From: Bacteroidetes bacterium HGW-Bacteroidetes-3
GTDB taxonomy: Bacteria > Bacteroidota > Bacteroidia > Flavobacteriales > Flavobacteriaceae
DNA: 64,000 nt
NCBI GenBank assembly: GCA_002842505.1
Contig: PHDE01000001.1
Span: 3,683 to 67,682, forward strand
Reading direction: 5' to 3'
How positions within the stretch are numbered: the first letter of the stretch is position 1; each line of letters starts with the position of its first letter. The notes beneath the pieces are model-generated. The model saw only the letters and a list, made by a program, of their open reading frames with translations, was not told the DNA's origin and did not search any database. Below, piece by piece: positions 33,088 to 43,213 of the stretch. The translations under genes and the position numbers were made by a program.

Positions 33088-34614
33088 TTAGTGTTTGAAA
33101 TGACGCGTACCCGTAAATATCATAGACATTTTGTGATCATTGCAATAATCAATTGACAATTGGTCTTTAATTGAACCTCCCGGCTGAATTACGGCCTTAA
33201 TTCCTGCTTTGTCAGCAATCTCCACACAATCGGGAAACGGGAAAAAAGCATCACTTGCCATCACTGCGCCATTTAAATCGAAATTGAAATGTTTTGCTTT
33301 TACAATCGCTTGTTCTAAAGCATCCACTCGGCTGGTTTGGCCGGTTCCGCTAGCAAAAAGTTGTTTATTTTTGGCAAATACAATGGTATTTGACTTGGTA
33401 TGTTTACAAATTTTTGAGGCAAAAAGCAAATCTTCCAGTTCTCTGTCGGTTGGTTTTTCCAACGTCACAAAGGCTACAACGTCGAGCGAATCGGTTTTGT
33501 TGTTTTTATCTTGAAAAAGAACGCCATTTAATGCAGTTCTATATTGCGTGTTTGGCAATTCAATGTTTTTTTGCACTAAAATAATGCGGTTTTTCTTGCC
33601 TTTCAAAAGTTCCAAAGCCTCATTATTGTAGCTAGGCGCAATCACAACTTCACAAAAAAGTTGGTTAATTTCTTCGGCAGTTTCCAAATCAATCTCTTTA
33701 TTTGAAATTAAAACACCGCCAAACGCAGAAGTTGGATCAGCAGCTAAAGCGTCCAAATATGCTTGTTTTAAAGTAGTTCTTTGCGCAATTCCGCAAGCGT
33801 TGTTGTGTTTTAAAATGGCAAAAGTTGGTTCGTCATTTTTAAACTCACCCATTAAATTTATGGCTGCATCAACATCCAATAAATTATTATAGGAAAGTTC
33901 TTTACCGTGAAGTACATCAAAAAGTTCATCTAAATTTCCAAAAAAGTAGCCTTTTTGATGCGGATTTTCACCATAACGCAAAACGGAAACTTTGTCAAAA
34001 CTTTGACGGAATGCCATTTCGCCTTCATTCAAATAATTGAAAATCGCGCTGTCGTAATGGCTGGAAACCCCATAAGCTTTTGCCGCAAAACTTTTGCGTT
34101 GCGCCAACGTTATTTCTCCATTTCCTGTATTAAGTATTTCTAAAAACTCATCGTATTGGTTTATGGACGACACACAAATTACATCATTGAAATTTTTTGC
34201 CGCGGCTCTTATCAACGAAATTCCGCCTATATCAATTTTTTCAATAATTTCCTCTTCTGAAGCGCCACCGGAAACTGTTTTTTCAAACGGATATAAATCG
34301 ACAATTACAATATCAATTTCAGGAATTTCATATTGCTCCAGTTGCAAAATATCATTTTCATTTTCTCTTCTTGATAAAATTCCGCCGAAAACTTTTGGAT
34401 GCAATGTTTTAACCCTTCCGCCTAAAATTGAAGGATAGGAAGTTAAATCTTCAACAGGTATCACATTAATACCCAATTCTTTAATAAATTTTTCGGTGCC
34501 TCCGGTAGAATAAATTGTAATATTAAGGTCGTTTAATTTTTGAATGATTGGAGCCAAACCGTCTTTGTGAAATACTGAAATCAGTGCCGATTTTGCTTTT
34601 TTTGTAGTGCCCAT
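33088..34614 (-). CDS. purH: Bifunctional AICAR transformylase/IMP cyclohydrolase
   Basis: GRVKTLHP, IDIGG, LRYGENPHQ, ASDAFFPF, IQPGGS. Confidence 0.98.
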   Translation of the reverse strand: MGTTKKAKSALISVFHKDGLAPIIQKLNDLNITIYSTGGTEKFIKELGINVIPVEDLTSYPSILGGRVKTLHPKVFGGILSRRENENDILQLEQYEIPEIDIVIVDLYPFEKTVSGGASEEEIIEKIDIGGISLIRAAAKNFNDVICVSSINQYDEFLEILNTGNGEITLAQRKSFAAKAYGVSSHYDSAIFNYLNEGEMAFRQSFDKVSVLRYGENPHQKGYFFGNLDELFDVLHGKELSYNNLLDVDAAINLMGEFKNDEPTFAILKHNNACGIAQRTTLKQAYLDALAADPTSAFGGVLISNKEIDLETAEEINQLFCEVVIAPSYNNEALELLKGKKNRIILVQKNIELPNTQYRTALNGVLFQDKNNKTDSLDVVAFVTLEKPTDRELEDLLFASKICKHTKSNTIVFAKNKQLFASGTGQTSRVDALEQAIVKAKHFNFDLNGAVMASDAFFPFPDCVEIADKAGIKAVIQPGGSIKDQLSIDYCNDHKMSMIFTGTRHFKH

Positions 34615-34875
34615 AAGTTATCTTTGTAAATATTTGGCAAAGCTACTAATTATCAATAGCCTAAACAACACAAAATAGTCATAAAATTTAATTAACTATT
34701 TTTAATTTTTTGCTCAAAATTTGAGACCATTTCGTTATAGTTCAGGGAAGTATTTTTAGGTTGATTTTTTTCAAAAATTTTGTTCAAAAAAGAGATTTTG
34801 TCTAATAAACGCTTTCTTTTGGTATTGCTTTTTGCGAATTTTTTTAACATTGAAAAATATATTTTTTAAAGATAT

Positions 34876-35328
34876 TTATTTTAATTGCGCCACTTTTTCA
34901 CACACAAATTCTAGAAATTGCTCATCGGCTTCCGTAAAAGGATTTGTAATGTGAGAATCAATGTCAATTTGTCCCACATTTTCACCATTCACAAAAACGG
35001 GAATCACAATTTCACTTTTCACTTTAAATCCGCACGAAATATAATTGTCTTGGGCGCTAACATCGGGAACCACGAAGTTTTTATTGCTGATGGCCACTTG
35101 TCCGCAAATGCCTTTTCCAAAAGGAATGATGGTGTGTTCGGTTGGTTCACCGGCAAATTCGGCCAATTTCAATTCGGCTTTGTCGCCATTTTTAAAATAA
35201 AAACCCACCCAATGGTAATAATCGATTTCTTGTTTTAAATAATCGCAAATCGCTTGTCTTTTTTCCGAAACCGATTGGTTGCTTTCTGCAATGGCAGTTA
35301 CCGATTCTTTTAATTGAGAAATATTCAT
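34876..35328 (-). CDS. Stand-alone GAF protein (free methionine-R-sulfoxide reductase-like)
   Basis: WVGFY, GKGICG, YISC...SEIVIP, IDIDS. Confidence 0.85.
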   Translation of the reverse strand: MNISQLKESVTAIAESNQSVSEKRQAICDYLKQEIDYYHWVGFYFKNGDKAELKLAEFAGEPTEHTIIPFGKGICGQVAISNKNFVVPDVSAQDNYISCGFKVKSEIVIPVFVNGENVGQIDIDSHITNPFTEADEQFLEFVCEKVAQLK

Positions 35329-35369
35329 ATTAATTTGTAATTTTATGCAAAATTAAAATTCTTTTTTTT

Positions 35370-35906
35370 GTGAAAGGCAATAAAACGGTAGTATTATTTT
35401 TAATAAAATTTTTTGGCACTTATTTGCTGTTATTTTTGGGGTATTCCTATTATTTAGAAAAAACACAGCAAGAAACATCTCCGTTTACTTGCGCGCCAAT
35501 TACCAAAACCGTTGCTGAACAAACAAAATATTTGTTAACTATTTTTGGTTATCCAACGGAGATAGCACAAGATACTGAAACTGTTTCCGTTAAATTATTT
35601 ATAAACGGCAAATTTACGGCTTTTATCGTTGAAGGCTGCAATGCCATTAGCATTATCATTTTATTTACTGCATTTATAGTTGCTTTTGCAGGGAAATTTA
35701 AACCGACTGTTTTGTATATTTTGTTCGGCAGTTTGCTTATTTATTTTACAAATATTGTTAGAATTGTAATTATTACGATAGCGCTTTATGAATATCCGCA
35801 ATATCAACATGTGTTACACGAAATTATATTTCCGGCTATTATCTACGGAATTACCTTTTTGCTTTGGTTTGTGTGGATTCAGAAATTTTCAAAATTAAGA
35901 AAATGA
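35370..35906 (+). CDS. xrtF: Exosortase family protein XrtF
   Basis: IVEGCNAIS (Cys), NIVRI (Arg), HEIIFP (His); GTG start. Confidence 0.88.
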   Translation: MKGNKTVVLFLIKFFGTYLLLFLGYSYYLEKTQQETSPFTCAPITKTVAEQTKYLLTIFGYPTEIAQDTETVSVKLFINGKFTAFIVEGCNAISIIILFTAFIVAFAGKFKPTVLYILFGSLLIYFTNIVRIVIITIALYEYPQYQHVLHEIIFPAIIYGITFLLWFVWIQKFSKLRK

Positions 35907-36379
35907 GGAAATCGGTTCGAATAGGTTTAATTATGATGCTTTTTATGATGCTGATTTTAGTTCGCGCAGTAGTTCAGCCTTATTTTTACGATCCGCTTTT
36001 GGCCTATTTTAAACACGATTTTTTAAACGCTTCTATTCCCGAACTGAATTTCGGCGTTTATTTTTTGAATATTTTTTACAGATATGCCATAAATACCGTT
36101 ATTTCTTTGTCCATTATTTATTTGGGTTTTTATGATGTGAAATCACTTTATTTTTCGATAAAATTTTACGTGCTGGCTTTTGCGGTGTTGAGTTTGATGC
36201 TTTTTATATTGTTGAAATTTAATGGGTCACAAAATTATTTATTGATTTTTTACATTCGCCGGTTTTTAATTCAGCCTTTGTTTGTGTTTATTTTATTGCC
36301 TGCTTTTTATTATCAGAAGCTGAGAAGTCCGAAGACCGAAGACCGAAGACGGAAGTTCAATAAGTTTATGAAAAAATAG
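35903..36379 (+). CDS. Exosortase F system-associated membrane protein; C-terminus read through a heptamer repeat
   Basis: ATGA overlap with xrtF; FYDPLLAYFK, FYIRRFLIQP, LPAFYYQK. Confidence 0.85.
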   Translation: MRKSVRIGLIMMLFMMLILVRAVVQPYFYDPLLAYFKHDFLNASIPELNFGVYFLNIFYRYAINTVISLSIIYLGFYDVKSLYFSIKFYVLAFAVLSLMLFILLKFNGSQNYLLIFYIRRFLIQPLFVFILLPAFYYQKLRSPKTEDRRRKFNKFMKK

Positions 36380-36461
36380 TTTCAAGTTTCAAGTTTCAAA
36401 AAATTCAAAAATCTTAATTCATTTTGCATTTTCTAGGATAAAAAGCAAATTTATCAATGCA

Positions 36462-36494
36462 AAACCTAACAGGTTTTTAAAACCTGTTAGGTTT
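36462..36494. repeat. Perfect 16-bp-arm palindrome (REP-like)
   Basis: AAACCTAACAGGTTTT-T-AAAACCTGTTAGGTTT. Confidence 0.85.
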
Positions 36495-36520
36495 ATTAGG
36501 TCGGTTTTTTCGCAACTACT

Positions 36521-36597
36521 CCGCTGTCGTGAGCGTCACGCTCGTGCTTTTGTTAATCCTTAATTTGCGTAGTCACGAGCTGGAAACTCGCGCTAGC
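36521..36597. repeat. Inverted pair of REP-like CACGAGC...CTCRCG units
   Basis: Minus strand GCACGAGCGTGACGCTCACGACAGCGG; plus strand TCACGAGCTGGAAACTCGCGCTAGC preceded by GTAG. Confidence 0.6.
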
Positions 36598-36757
36598 TGA
36601 GGAAAGTCCGAAGACCGAAGACCGAAGTCCGAAGACGGGAGTTCAATAAGTTTATGAAAAAATAGTTTCAAGTTTCAAGTTTCAAGTTTTAAAAAATTAA
36701 AAAATCTTAATTCAAAAATCGTAAATCATAATCCCGATAGCTCGGGTCGAAATTGAA

Positions 36758-36885
36758 TTTGCGTTAAAGATTGCAGTGGAAATCCCGGCGTTGCGAGCTT
36801 GTTTAGAATATGTTCAACAGATTGCCACGCTCCGCTCGCAATGACGGATTGCAACGGAAAGCTTGACCCGAAGGGAACGCCAAAA
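36758..36885 (+). ncRNA. Flavo-1-like structured repeat with nested hairpin insertion
   Basis: GCGTTAAAGATTGCAGTGGAAATCC...GGATTGCAACGGAAAGCTTGACCCGAAGGGAACGCC; assignment to Flavo-1 is from recall, not from a search. Confidence 0.6.
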
Positions 36886-37013
36886 TATTGCTTTTAATGA
36901 AGCTGTTTTTGAAACTAAAAAAAATGTTTATGATTTATTTTGTAACATTCTTAAGAATACAACGTATAATATTGTAGACCTTAACTATTAACAAAAAAAT
37001 TTATAGCTACTTC

Positions 37014-37877
37014 ATGAGACAACTTAAAATAACGAAACAGGTTACCAATAGGGAAACCGCATCATTAGACAAGTATTTACAGGAAATTGGAAAAGTGGAT
37101 TTAATTACCGCCGAGCAAGAAGTGGAATTGGCGCAAAAAATTAGGGCCGGTGACCAAGCTGCTTTGGAAAAATTAACAAAAGCAAACTTGCGTTTTGTGG
37201 TATCTGTGGCAAAACAATATCAAAATCAAGGATTGACATTGCCCGATTTAATTAATGAAGGGAACTTGGGATTGATTAAAGCGGCGAAACGTTTTGATGA
37301 AACTCGTGGATTTAAATTTATTTCTTACGCCGTTTGGTGGATTCGCCAGTCTATTTTACAAGCGTTGGCCGAACAATCGCGTATTGTGCGTTTGCCTTTA
37401 AACAAAATTGGCTCGATTAATAAAATTAACAAAATGTATGCGTTTTTGGAGCAGGAAAACGAAAGACCGCCATCTGCCGAAGAAATTGCGAAAAAATTGG
37501 ATATGACCGTTAATGACGTGAAAGAATCGATGAAAAATTCTGGCCGTCACGTATCAATGGATGCGCCTTTAATTGAAGGTGAAGACTCTAACTTGTATGA
37601 TGTTTTAAATACAGGCGAATCTCCAAATCCAGATAAAGCCTTGCTTCACGAATCGTTAAAAGTAGAAATTGAACGCGCTTTGGAAACTTTAACGCCAAGA
37701 GAAGCGGATGTTGTTCAATTGTACTTCGGCTTGGGCGACACACACCCAATGACGTTGGAAGAAATTGGGGAAACTTTCGATTTAACGCGAGAACGTGTTC
37801 GTCAAATTAAAGAAAAAGCCATCAGAAGACTGAAACATACGTCGAGAAGTAAAATTTTAAAAACATATTTGGGATAA
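37014..37877 (+). CDS. rpoD: Primary sigma70 factor of Bacteroidota (lacks region 1.1)
   Basis: [60 protein letters not shown]; 287 aa. Confidence 0.93.
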   Translation: MRQLKITKQVTNRETASLDKYLQEIGKVDLITAEQEVELAQKIRAGDQAALEKLTKANLRFVVSVAKQYQNQGLTLPDLINEGNLGLIKAAKRFDETRGFKFISYAVWWIRQSILQALAEQSRIVRLPLNKIGSINKINKMYAFLEQENERPPSAEEIAKKLDMTVNDVKESMKNSGRHVSMDAPLIEGEDSNLYDVLNTGESPNPDKALLHESLKVEIERALETLTPREADVVQLYFGLGDTHPMTLEEIGETFDLTRERVRQIKEKAIRRLKHTSRSKILKTYLG

Positions 37878-37903
37878 AATCTATTGGTTTTATTTTTAAA
37901 TTT

Positions 37904-37939
37904 ATTAAAAAGCGCGGTTTCAACACCGCGCTTTTTAAT
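37904..37939. terminator. Bidirectional terminator after rpoD
   Basis: 15-bp arms ATTAAAAAGCGCGGT / ACCGCGCTTTTTAAT. Confidence 0.85.
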
Positions 37940-38002
37940 TATGATATTTTAAAGTTTAAAATTATTGCATTTAAAACTAAAGTAATCCTAAAAACAAAAA
38001 TA

Positions 38003-38905
38003 CTATTTTACTCGGCTGTATATTTTATCGCCAGTTTCATCCTCTACTTTTAAATTGCCTTGCAGGTCTAATTCGAGCAATCGCGGTTGTTTAAAGGCCG
38101 TCCATTTTATAATAAATAAATTGGGAATGGATGTTTTGTAAATAACTGCAAATTCAAATTTTTCATCGCCGCCCACGAAAGAATAATAACCTTCTTTTGC
38201 TGAAATGTTGCATTCGCCCCATTTATCGACAAAATATTTGCCTTCTATTGAATTTGCTACAGGAACAACATAGGTTTTCACAGGCTCGTTCTTAGCTTCA
38301 TTGGCTTCTTTTTTAACAATTTGCTTTGCCACTTCCATCGGCTTATTTTCCTTAACTTTCGGTTCTTCCGGAACTTCTTTTTTCTCAACAACCGGTACTG
38401 TTTCCTTTACGGTCAGTTTCGCAACTTCCGCCTTATTATCCTCATTAATGTTCGCGTTGGTTACTGAAGTGCCGTCATAAGCATAATTTAATTCATCAAT
38501 ATCTTCAAAAGCATTTCTGATGGATTCCTGATAAGCCCTTTTATAATCCTTTTCTTTTGATCGCCCTTCTTTTGTTGAAAAAACCTTCGCGTTGTAACAA
38601 TCCAATAAATCAATGGTGAGTTTTGTGCTCAACATTCCGGAAGCGTTATTTACGGAAGCGTTCAAAGCCAAACACCTGTTATTCGCTAAATCGACAGGAA
38701 AACTTTCATCGGTAAACAATACCGTAAAACCGGCGCGTTCAAATAAAAATTTTGTCAGTGAATTTAATTGATACTGATCAGCAGATTTTTGAAATTCAAA
38801 TTGTTTCGGAACGAGAATATATTTATAGGAATTGACGCTTTTTTGTGCAAATAAAACAGCACAACTAAACATTAAAAATAAGCTGATTGAAAAAGATTTG
38901 TTCAT
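38003..38905 (-). CDS. Exported hypothetical protein
   Basis: Signal peptide ending LFAQ, YKYILVPKQFEFQK N-domain, charged linker. Confidence 0.75.
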   Translation of the reverse strand: MNKSFSISLFLMFSCAVLFAQKSVNSYKYILVPKQFEFQKSADQYQLNSLTKFLFERAGFTVLFTDESFPVDLANNRCLALNASVNNASGMLSTKLTIDLLDCYNAKVFSTKEGRSKEKDYKRAYQESIRNAFEDIDELNYAYDGTSVTNANINEDNKAEVAKLTVKETVPVVEKKEVPEEPKVKENKPMEVAKQIVKKEANEAKNEPVKTYVVPVANSIEGKYFVDKWGECNISAKEGYYSFVGGDEKFEFAVIYKTSIPNLFIIKWTAFKQPRLLELDLQGNLKVEDETGDKIYSRVK

Positions 38906-38965
38906 AATTGTAAAAATATTGTGGCTATTAACGTATAAATTATTTGGTTAATTTTTGTAAATGTA

Positions 38966-40336
38966 CTAATTATTATCTTTAAAAATAAAATTAATGCCGA
39001 GTTGAAAACTTGCGCTTTTTGCATCATAAACATTGCGAAGACCCAATAAATTATCCGCCGTAAAATAAGCGTTAAATACGCCTATTTGGGTTGACAATCC
39101 CAAACCAACATTTGAAAACGAATAAGGATCTACTGTATAAGTGAGTTTAGTTTGCAAATATTTGTTGATCCAGCGCTCATAAAACAAGGTTCCCGCCATA
39201 TAAGAATGTACTGCACCAACGGTTGAGAACCACTGAAAACCTAGTTTATTTACGTACAAATCTGGATCTATCAAAAATCTGCAATCATCATATTTCCTCC
39301 CAAAGGAATAACTGGCGGCGCCGTTTAATTTAACCGGGCGAAAAGAAATATAGCTTTTGTATAAAGTATCCAAAACAATGCTGTTGTCAAACTCCTCTTT
39401 TAAATCGGTCCAATAGTTTTCCGGATTATTGGGATCAAAATTTAGTTGAAGTCCATCCAATTCAAAATTGCCTTTTAAACGATAGGATCTCACGTTTTTT
39501 GTATTGTTTATAAAGCCAAGATCTAAAATGCTTCCGGTAATTTCCCATTGTTTTTTTAGGTAATGCGTAAATCCCACATCAATTCCCAAACCAAGATTTC
39601 CTCCAAAAAGCAATTTGCTTTTAACATAAGACGCATCAAATTTTTCGCCACTTTCAAAAAATACGCCTGAAGTTTGCATCAAAAAACCAATGTTATCCAA
39701 ATGTTGTTTGTAAATATTTTGAGTGCCTTCTTCTGTGAAAAATGAGCCGGAATTGGACTTTGAACTTGCGTTAAAAACACTTGAATATATTTTTGCGCGT
39801 GCGCCAACATTCCATTTTTCATTTATTTTTTTCGACAAGCCTACGTGAAGAACGCCCAACAATTCTGTTCTAAAAGCCATTTTTTTGATGGAATAATGCC
39901 TGTTAATTTCCGAATTTCCCGCATAATACAAATCGACCAAATCACGCGGTATTTTTGCCAATAAATCAAATTCCTGGTAATAACCAAAACTTAAATAGTT
40001 ATTGTTTTTCAATCTGAATCCGCCATTAAAGACTTCCAATTGCTCATTAATTGCCACAAATTCCGTTTTTCCAAAATTGTTTACGGCTTTCCTAATTTTA
40101 TCATTGATGTCAATTCCGTTATCGGCAAAAATATCGTAAGTTGAAAATCCGGTAAAACCGCCTTGCACGCTTAATTGCGTGAACAAAGGCATTCCGAAAT
40201 GAAATTTTTGGCTCACCTCCGCTCCCGGATTTAACATCAATGTTTGTGGCAAACCCGCAAAATCGTATAAAACCTGTTTGTTTTGAGCGTAACCTATTGT
40301 GCTAATGAGAAAAATAAAAAAACCTAATTTTCTCAT
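38966..40336 (-). CDS. DUF5723-like outer-membrane beta-barrel protein
   Basis: Signal peptide, LPQTLMLNPG motif, alternating barrel strands, QLGINFIF terminus. Confidence 0.75.
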   Translation of the reverse strand: MRKLGFFIFLISTIGYAQNKQVLYDFAGLPQTLMLNPGAEVSQKFHFGMPLFTQLSVQGGFTGFSTYDIFADNGIDINDKIRKAVNNFGKTEFVAINEQLEVFNGGFRLKNNNYLSFGYYQEFDLLAKIPRDLVDLYYAGNSEINRHYSIKKMAFRTELLGVLHVGLSKKINEKWNVGARAKIYSSVFNASSKSNSGSFFTEEGTQNIYKQHLDNIGFLMQTSGVFFESGEKFDASYVKSKLLFGGNLGLGIDVGFTHYLKKQWEITGSILDLGFINNTKNVRSYRLKGNFELDGLQLNFDPNNPENYWTDLKEEFDNSIVLDTLYKSYISFRPVKLNGAASYSFGRKYDDCRFLIDPDLYVNKLGFQWFSTVGAVHSYMAGTLFYERWINKYLQTKLTYTVDPYSFSNVGLGLSTQIGVFNAYFTADNLLGLRNVYDAKSASFQLGINFIFKDNN

Positions 40337-40884
40337 ATTTTGCGGTAGTTAAAAAATAATTTGGCTGCCGATTTTAATGCTAAAGTTTCGCTGTCATTGA
40401 TGGAAATTACGCTACCGTCGTCACTTGGCAAAAGCAAAAAATGAAAACCGAAATATTGGGTATTGTAAATAACGGAAATATCTTCTGTCGGAATTTCAAT
40501 AATTGTGGTTATTTCGGGTGAGTTTGGCGGCACGTTAATCATGGGCTGCAACACATAAATAGCTTGGCCAAATGCGTCATAAAAAACAATGCTGAGCGTA
40601 AAATTTCTGTTGAAACTGTTTTTGGTTTTAACAGTAAATTCAACTTTTTCCAAATAAGGCTTAGATTCATTCGTAATTGGAGCCTCAATTAAATCGGAGG
40701 TTATGTTAATTTCCCGGTTAAATTCATCCAAAAATTTTGGCGCGGTTAAATTTAAATAAACCAACGTTGAAATATAGGTTGAATGAATTGTTGCATCATC
40801 CAACTGGTTAAAATCGACCTCTTTTGTGCAACTTTGAAAAAATAACAGCACCAATGCCGATGCAATAAATTTATTGATTTTCAT
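40333..40884 (-). CDS. Hypothetical lipoprotein
   Basis: Lipobox FQSC; overlaps the downstream barrel gene by 4 nt. Confidence 0.75.
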   Translation of the reverse strand: MKINKFIASALVLLFFQSCTKEVDFNQLDDATIHSTYISTLVYLNLTAPKFLDEFNREINITSDLIEAPITNESKPYLEKVEFTVKTKNSFNRNFTLSIVFYDAFGQAIYVLQPMINVPPNSPEITTIIEIPTEDISVIYNTQYFGFHFLLLPSDDGSVISINDSETLALKSAAKLFFNYRKI

Positions 40885-40917
40885 AAAAAATGATGCTTTT
40901 GCAAATTATTCCAACGT

Positions 40918-41601
40918 TCACAAATAGCGCTTTATTTCAATTAAATTAGTGACCGATTTAATATTTTCGGAAACAGGCTGTGCATTAAAATTACAGAAAA
41001 TAACATCAAATCCTGCATCCTTGGCGCCCATAATATCGGCTTCCCAGCTATCGCCAATCATCACCGATTCAGCAGAAGTCGCTTTTGTTTGGGACAAGGC
41101 ATATTCAAAAATAATTGGATTCGGTTTTTTAACGCCGGCATCTTCCGAAGTAATTATTTTGTCAAAATATTTGCTTAATCCTGAGTTTTCCATTTTTTTA
41201 TACTGAACTTCATTAAATCCGTTGGTGATTATATGCAGTTTATAATTTACATACAAATGCTCCAAAATTTCATGAGTTCCTTCAAAAAGTTGATTATTGT
41301 GTGGCAAAACATTGATATAATCTACCGACAAACTTTCCAAAAGCTGTAAGTTTACAGTTTGTTTTATTTTTACAAAAGTATCTTTTAACCTGCCTAAACG
41401 AAGTTCTTCTTTGGTTATTTTTTCTTCGCGGTATAATTTCCAATACTGCTCATTAATTCCCCTGTAATAATTCAAAAACTTTTGGACATCAACTTTTACC
41501 TCATGTTTTTTAAAAATAGTCTCAAAAGCGATGTCAGAATTTGTTTCGAAATCCCACAAAGTGTGGTCCAAATCGAAAAATATATGCTTAATAATTTTCA
41601 T
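40918..41601 (-). CDS. yjjG: YjjG-family HAD pyrimidine nucleotidase
   Basis: FFDLDHTLWDF, IITNG, KKPNP, MIGDSWEAD. Confidence 0.9.
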   Translation of the reverse strand: MKIIKHIFFDLDHTLWDFETNSDIAFETIFKKHEVKVDVQKFLNYYRGINEQYWKLYREEKITKEELRLGRLKDTFVKIKQTVNLQLLESLSVDYINVLPHNNQLFEGTHEILEHLYVNYKLHIITNGFNEVQYKKMENSGLSKYFDKIITSEDAGVKKPNPIIFEYALSQTKATSAESVMIGDSWEADIMGAKDAGFDVIFCNFNAQPVSENIKSVTNLIEIKRYL

Positions 41602-41689
41602 CTGTTTATATTTTATTTTTTAGCGGTAACAGCTGCTGTTCGCTATTAATCATTCCTTCCTGTATCAAAATTTGTTATGCTCGTTTCAT
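41596..41689 (-). repeat. Third copy (88 bp) of the start-codon-embedded element
   Basis: Flanked by TTTCAT at 41596 and 41684; aligned by eye with 22622-22714. Confidence 0.9.
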
Positions 41690-41783
41690 TTATATTATTT
41701 TGGACAATTTACTTAAATTGCGGCTAAAATTATAACTTTTGGACCAATTTTTATGTCCACATTTTTGCTGTGACTAAAAAAAA

Positions 41784-43079
41784 TTATTGAATTACGGTAG
41801 TTTTATAAATATCCATCCACCCTTTCCATGTCTCATTTTCCGCTAAAGAGTCGTTATGAAAAACCGAAATAAAAGTTCCGTTTACTTTTTGCACTTCATT
41901 TTTTATTTCTAAAATCTTCGCTAGGCTTTCTTTATTGGAAAGTTCCATATATTGTTTTAAAGTGGTATCCATAACCGCAAAAGGAAATATTTTTAAAGGT
42001 GTCTGAATCTCAAAATCAATATCGTAAAAGTAAAATGGCGTGCAGGTACTTGCCCTAAAACCAACCGATTTTTCAAAACCCATAGTATAATCTTCCTTAA
42101 CGTCTAAATCAATTAAATTTTGATAAGTATCGGGTAACCCTAATCGCAAATAATGCTGCCGCGTACAAGTTACTGGTCTATTTATAATATATTCAAGCCG
42201 CAATTTTTCCTTTTTTAATTTTTCCGCATTTTTAAAAGTAAAATAAGAAGGTCGTAAACCAACTATTGCATAATCGGCAACCGATTTTATCAAGGATTTA
42301 AAATTGATATTTGAAGAGGAAATATTTTTGTCGAAAGTGGTATAATCTCCTATAGAAAAGAAAAAAATAGTGTCAACTTTATGTGCTTCCTTAATTTTCA
42401 ACAGGGTTGAAAAAGTATTAAAAGGATCTTCTTTTAAGCCTAAAATGGTTAACAATCTGTTGCGGACATCAGTGAATTTAAAATTCAAAAAATCGTTCAG
42501 AAAACCTCCAATAGTTCTCACTACTCCTTTATGTTTATATACGAACGCCGTATTAACATCAATTGTTGAAATTATTTTGAATTCCCTAGTGCCATAATTG
42601 TAATTTGGAAATTTACTTTTTAACAGTTCCAAAAACTTAGATGCCCAAATATCAATCACTGGTTTTTCCAAAAATCCATTTTTAAAAGCCAAACTCTCTT
42701 CGGCTGTAAAACGTTCATGAACGTCTTGCACGTGAGGCAAATATTCTTCATACCTGCTCATTAAATAAAAACTGGCGGCAAAAATATCATACGGAATGGT
42801 TGAAGTTTCACCCGCAGGAAAAAAACAGGGAGTATCATCCCAATGATAGATGGTGATGTCAATATCATTGATGCCTTGCTCAAATAACAAATCATGGCTT
42901 CTTATAAAAAATTCGGTGCCCAAAGGTGATTTTGAGTAGGTTATTTTCGGCCCGTTATGCGCCACAAAATCATTGACTTTGTCGGTAAACGTAATGGGAA
43001 TTTTAAGAATTCTCACAAAAAAATGCTTGAATATATAGTTGAGCCTTGGTGTTATTTTATGGGTATAAATGAGCAGCAT
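41784..43079 (-). CDS. Polysaccharide deacetylase-like protein (TIM-barrel CE4-like C-domain)
   Basis: TIDV, RQHYLRL, DYTMG, VFHN motifs. Confidence 0.75.
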   Translation of the reverse strand: MLLIYTHKITPRLNYIFKHFFVRILKIPITFTDKVNDFVAHNGPKITYSKSPLGTEFFIRSHDLLFEQGINDIDITIYHWDDTPCFFPAGETSTIPYDIFAASFYLMSRYEEYLPHVQDVHERFTAEESLAFKNGFLEKPVIDIWASKFLELLKSKFPNYNYGTREFKIISTIDVNTAFVYKHKGVVRTIGGFLNDFLNFKFTDVRNRLLTILGLKEDPFNTFSTLLKIKEAHKVDTIFFFSIGDYTTFDKNISSSNINFKSLIKSVADYAIVGLRPSYFTFKNAEKLKKEKLRLEYIINRPVTCTRQHYLRLGLPDTYQNLIDLDVKEDYTMGFEKSVGFRASTCTPFYFYDIDFEIQTPLKIFPFAVMDTTLKQYMELSNKESLAKILEIKNEVQKVNGTFISVFHNDSLAENETWKGWMDIYKTTVIQ

Positions 43080-43213
43080 TAATTATTTAGTTGTTTAATC
43101 GTTTATTTGTGTAATTGTTTTCCTATCCCCAACCCCTTTCTCAGTAGGTAAACTTTCCATCCTGATAGATTTGGAAAAAAGGGATTTTGATTTGAAATTT
43201 TAAAAACTTTTGA

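Larger units (their letters stand above)
36319..36714 (+). repeat. Direct repeat (36319-36421 and 36596-36714) built of GAAGACC and AGTTTCA heptamer arrays
   Basis: Near-identical copies; the second has one extra unit of each heptamer. Confidence 0.9.
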
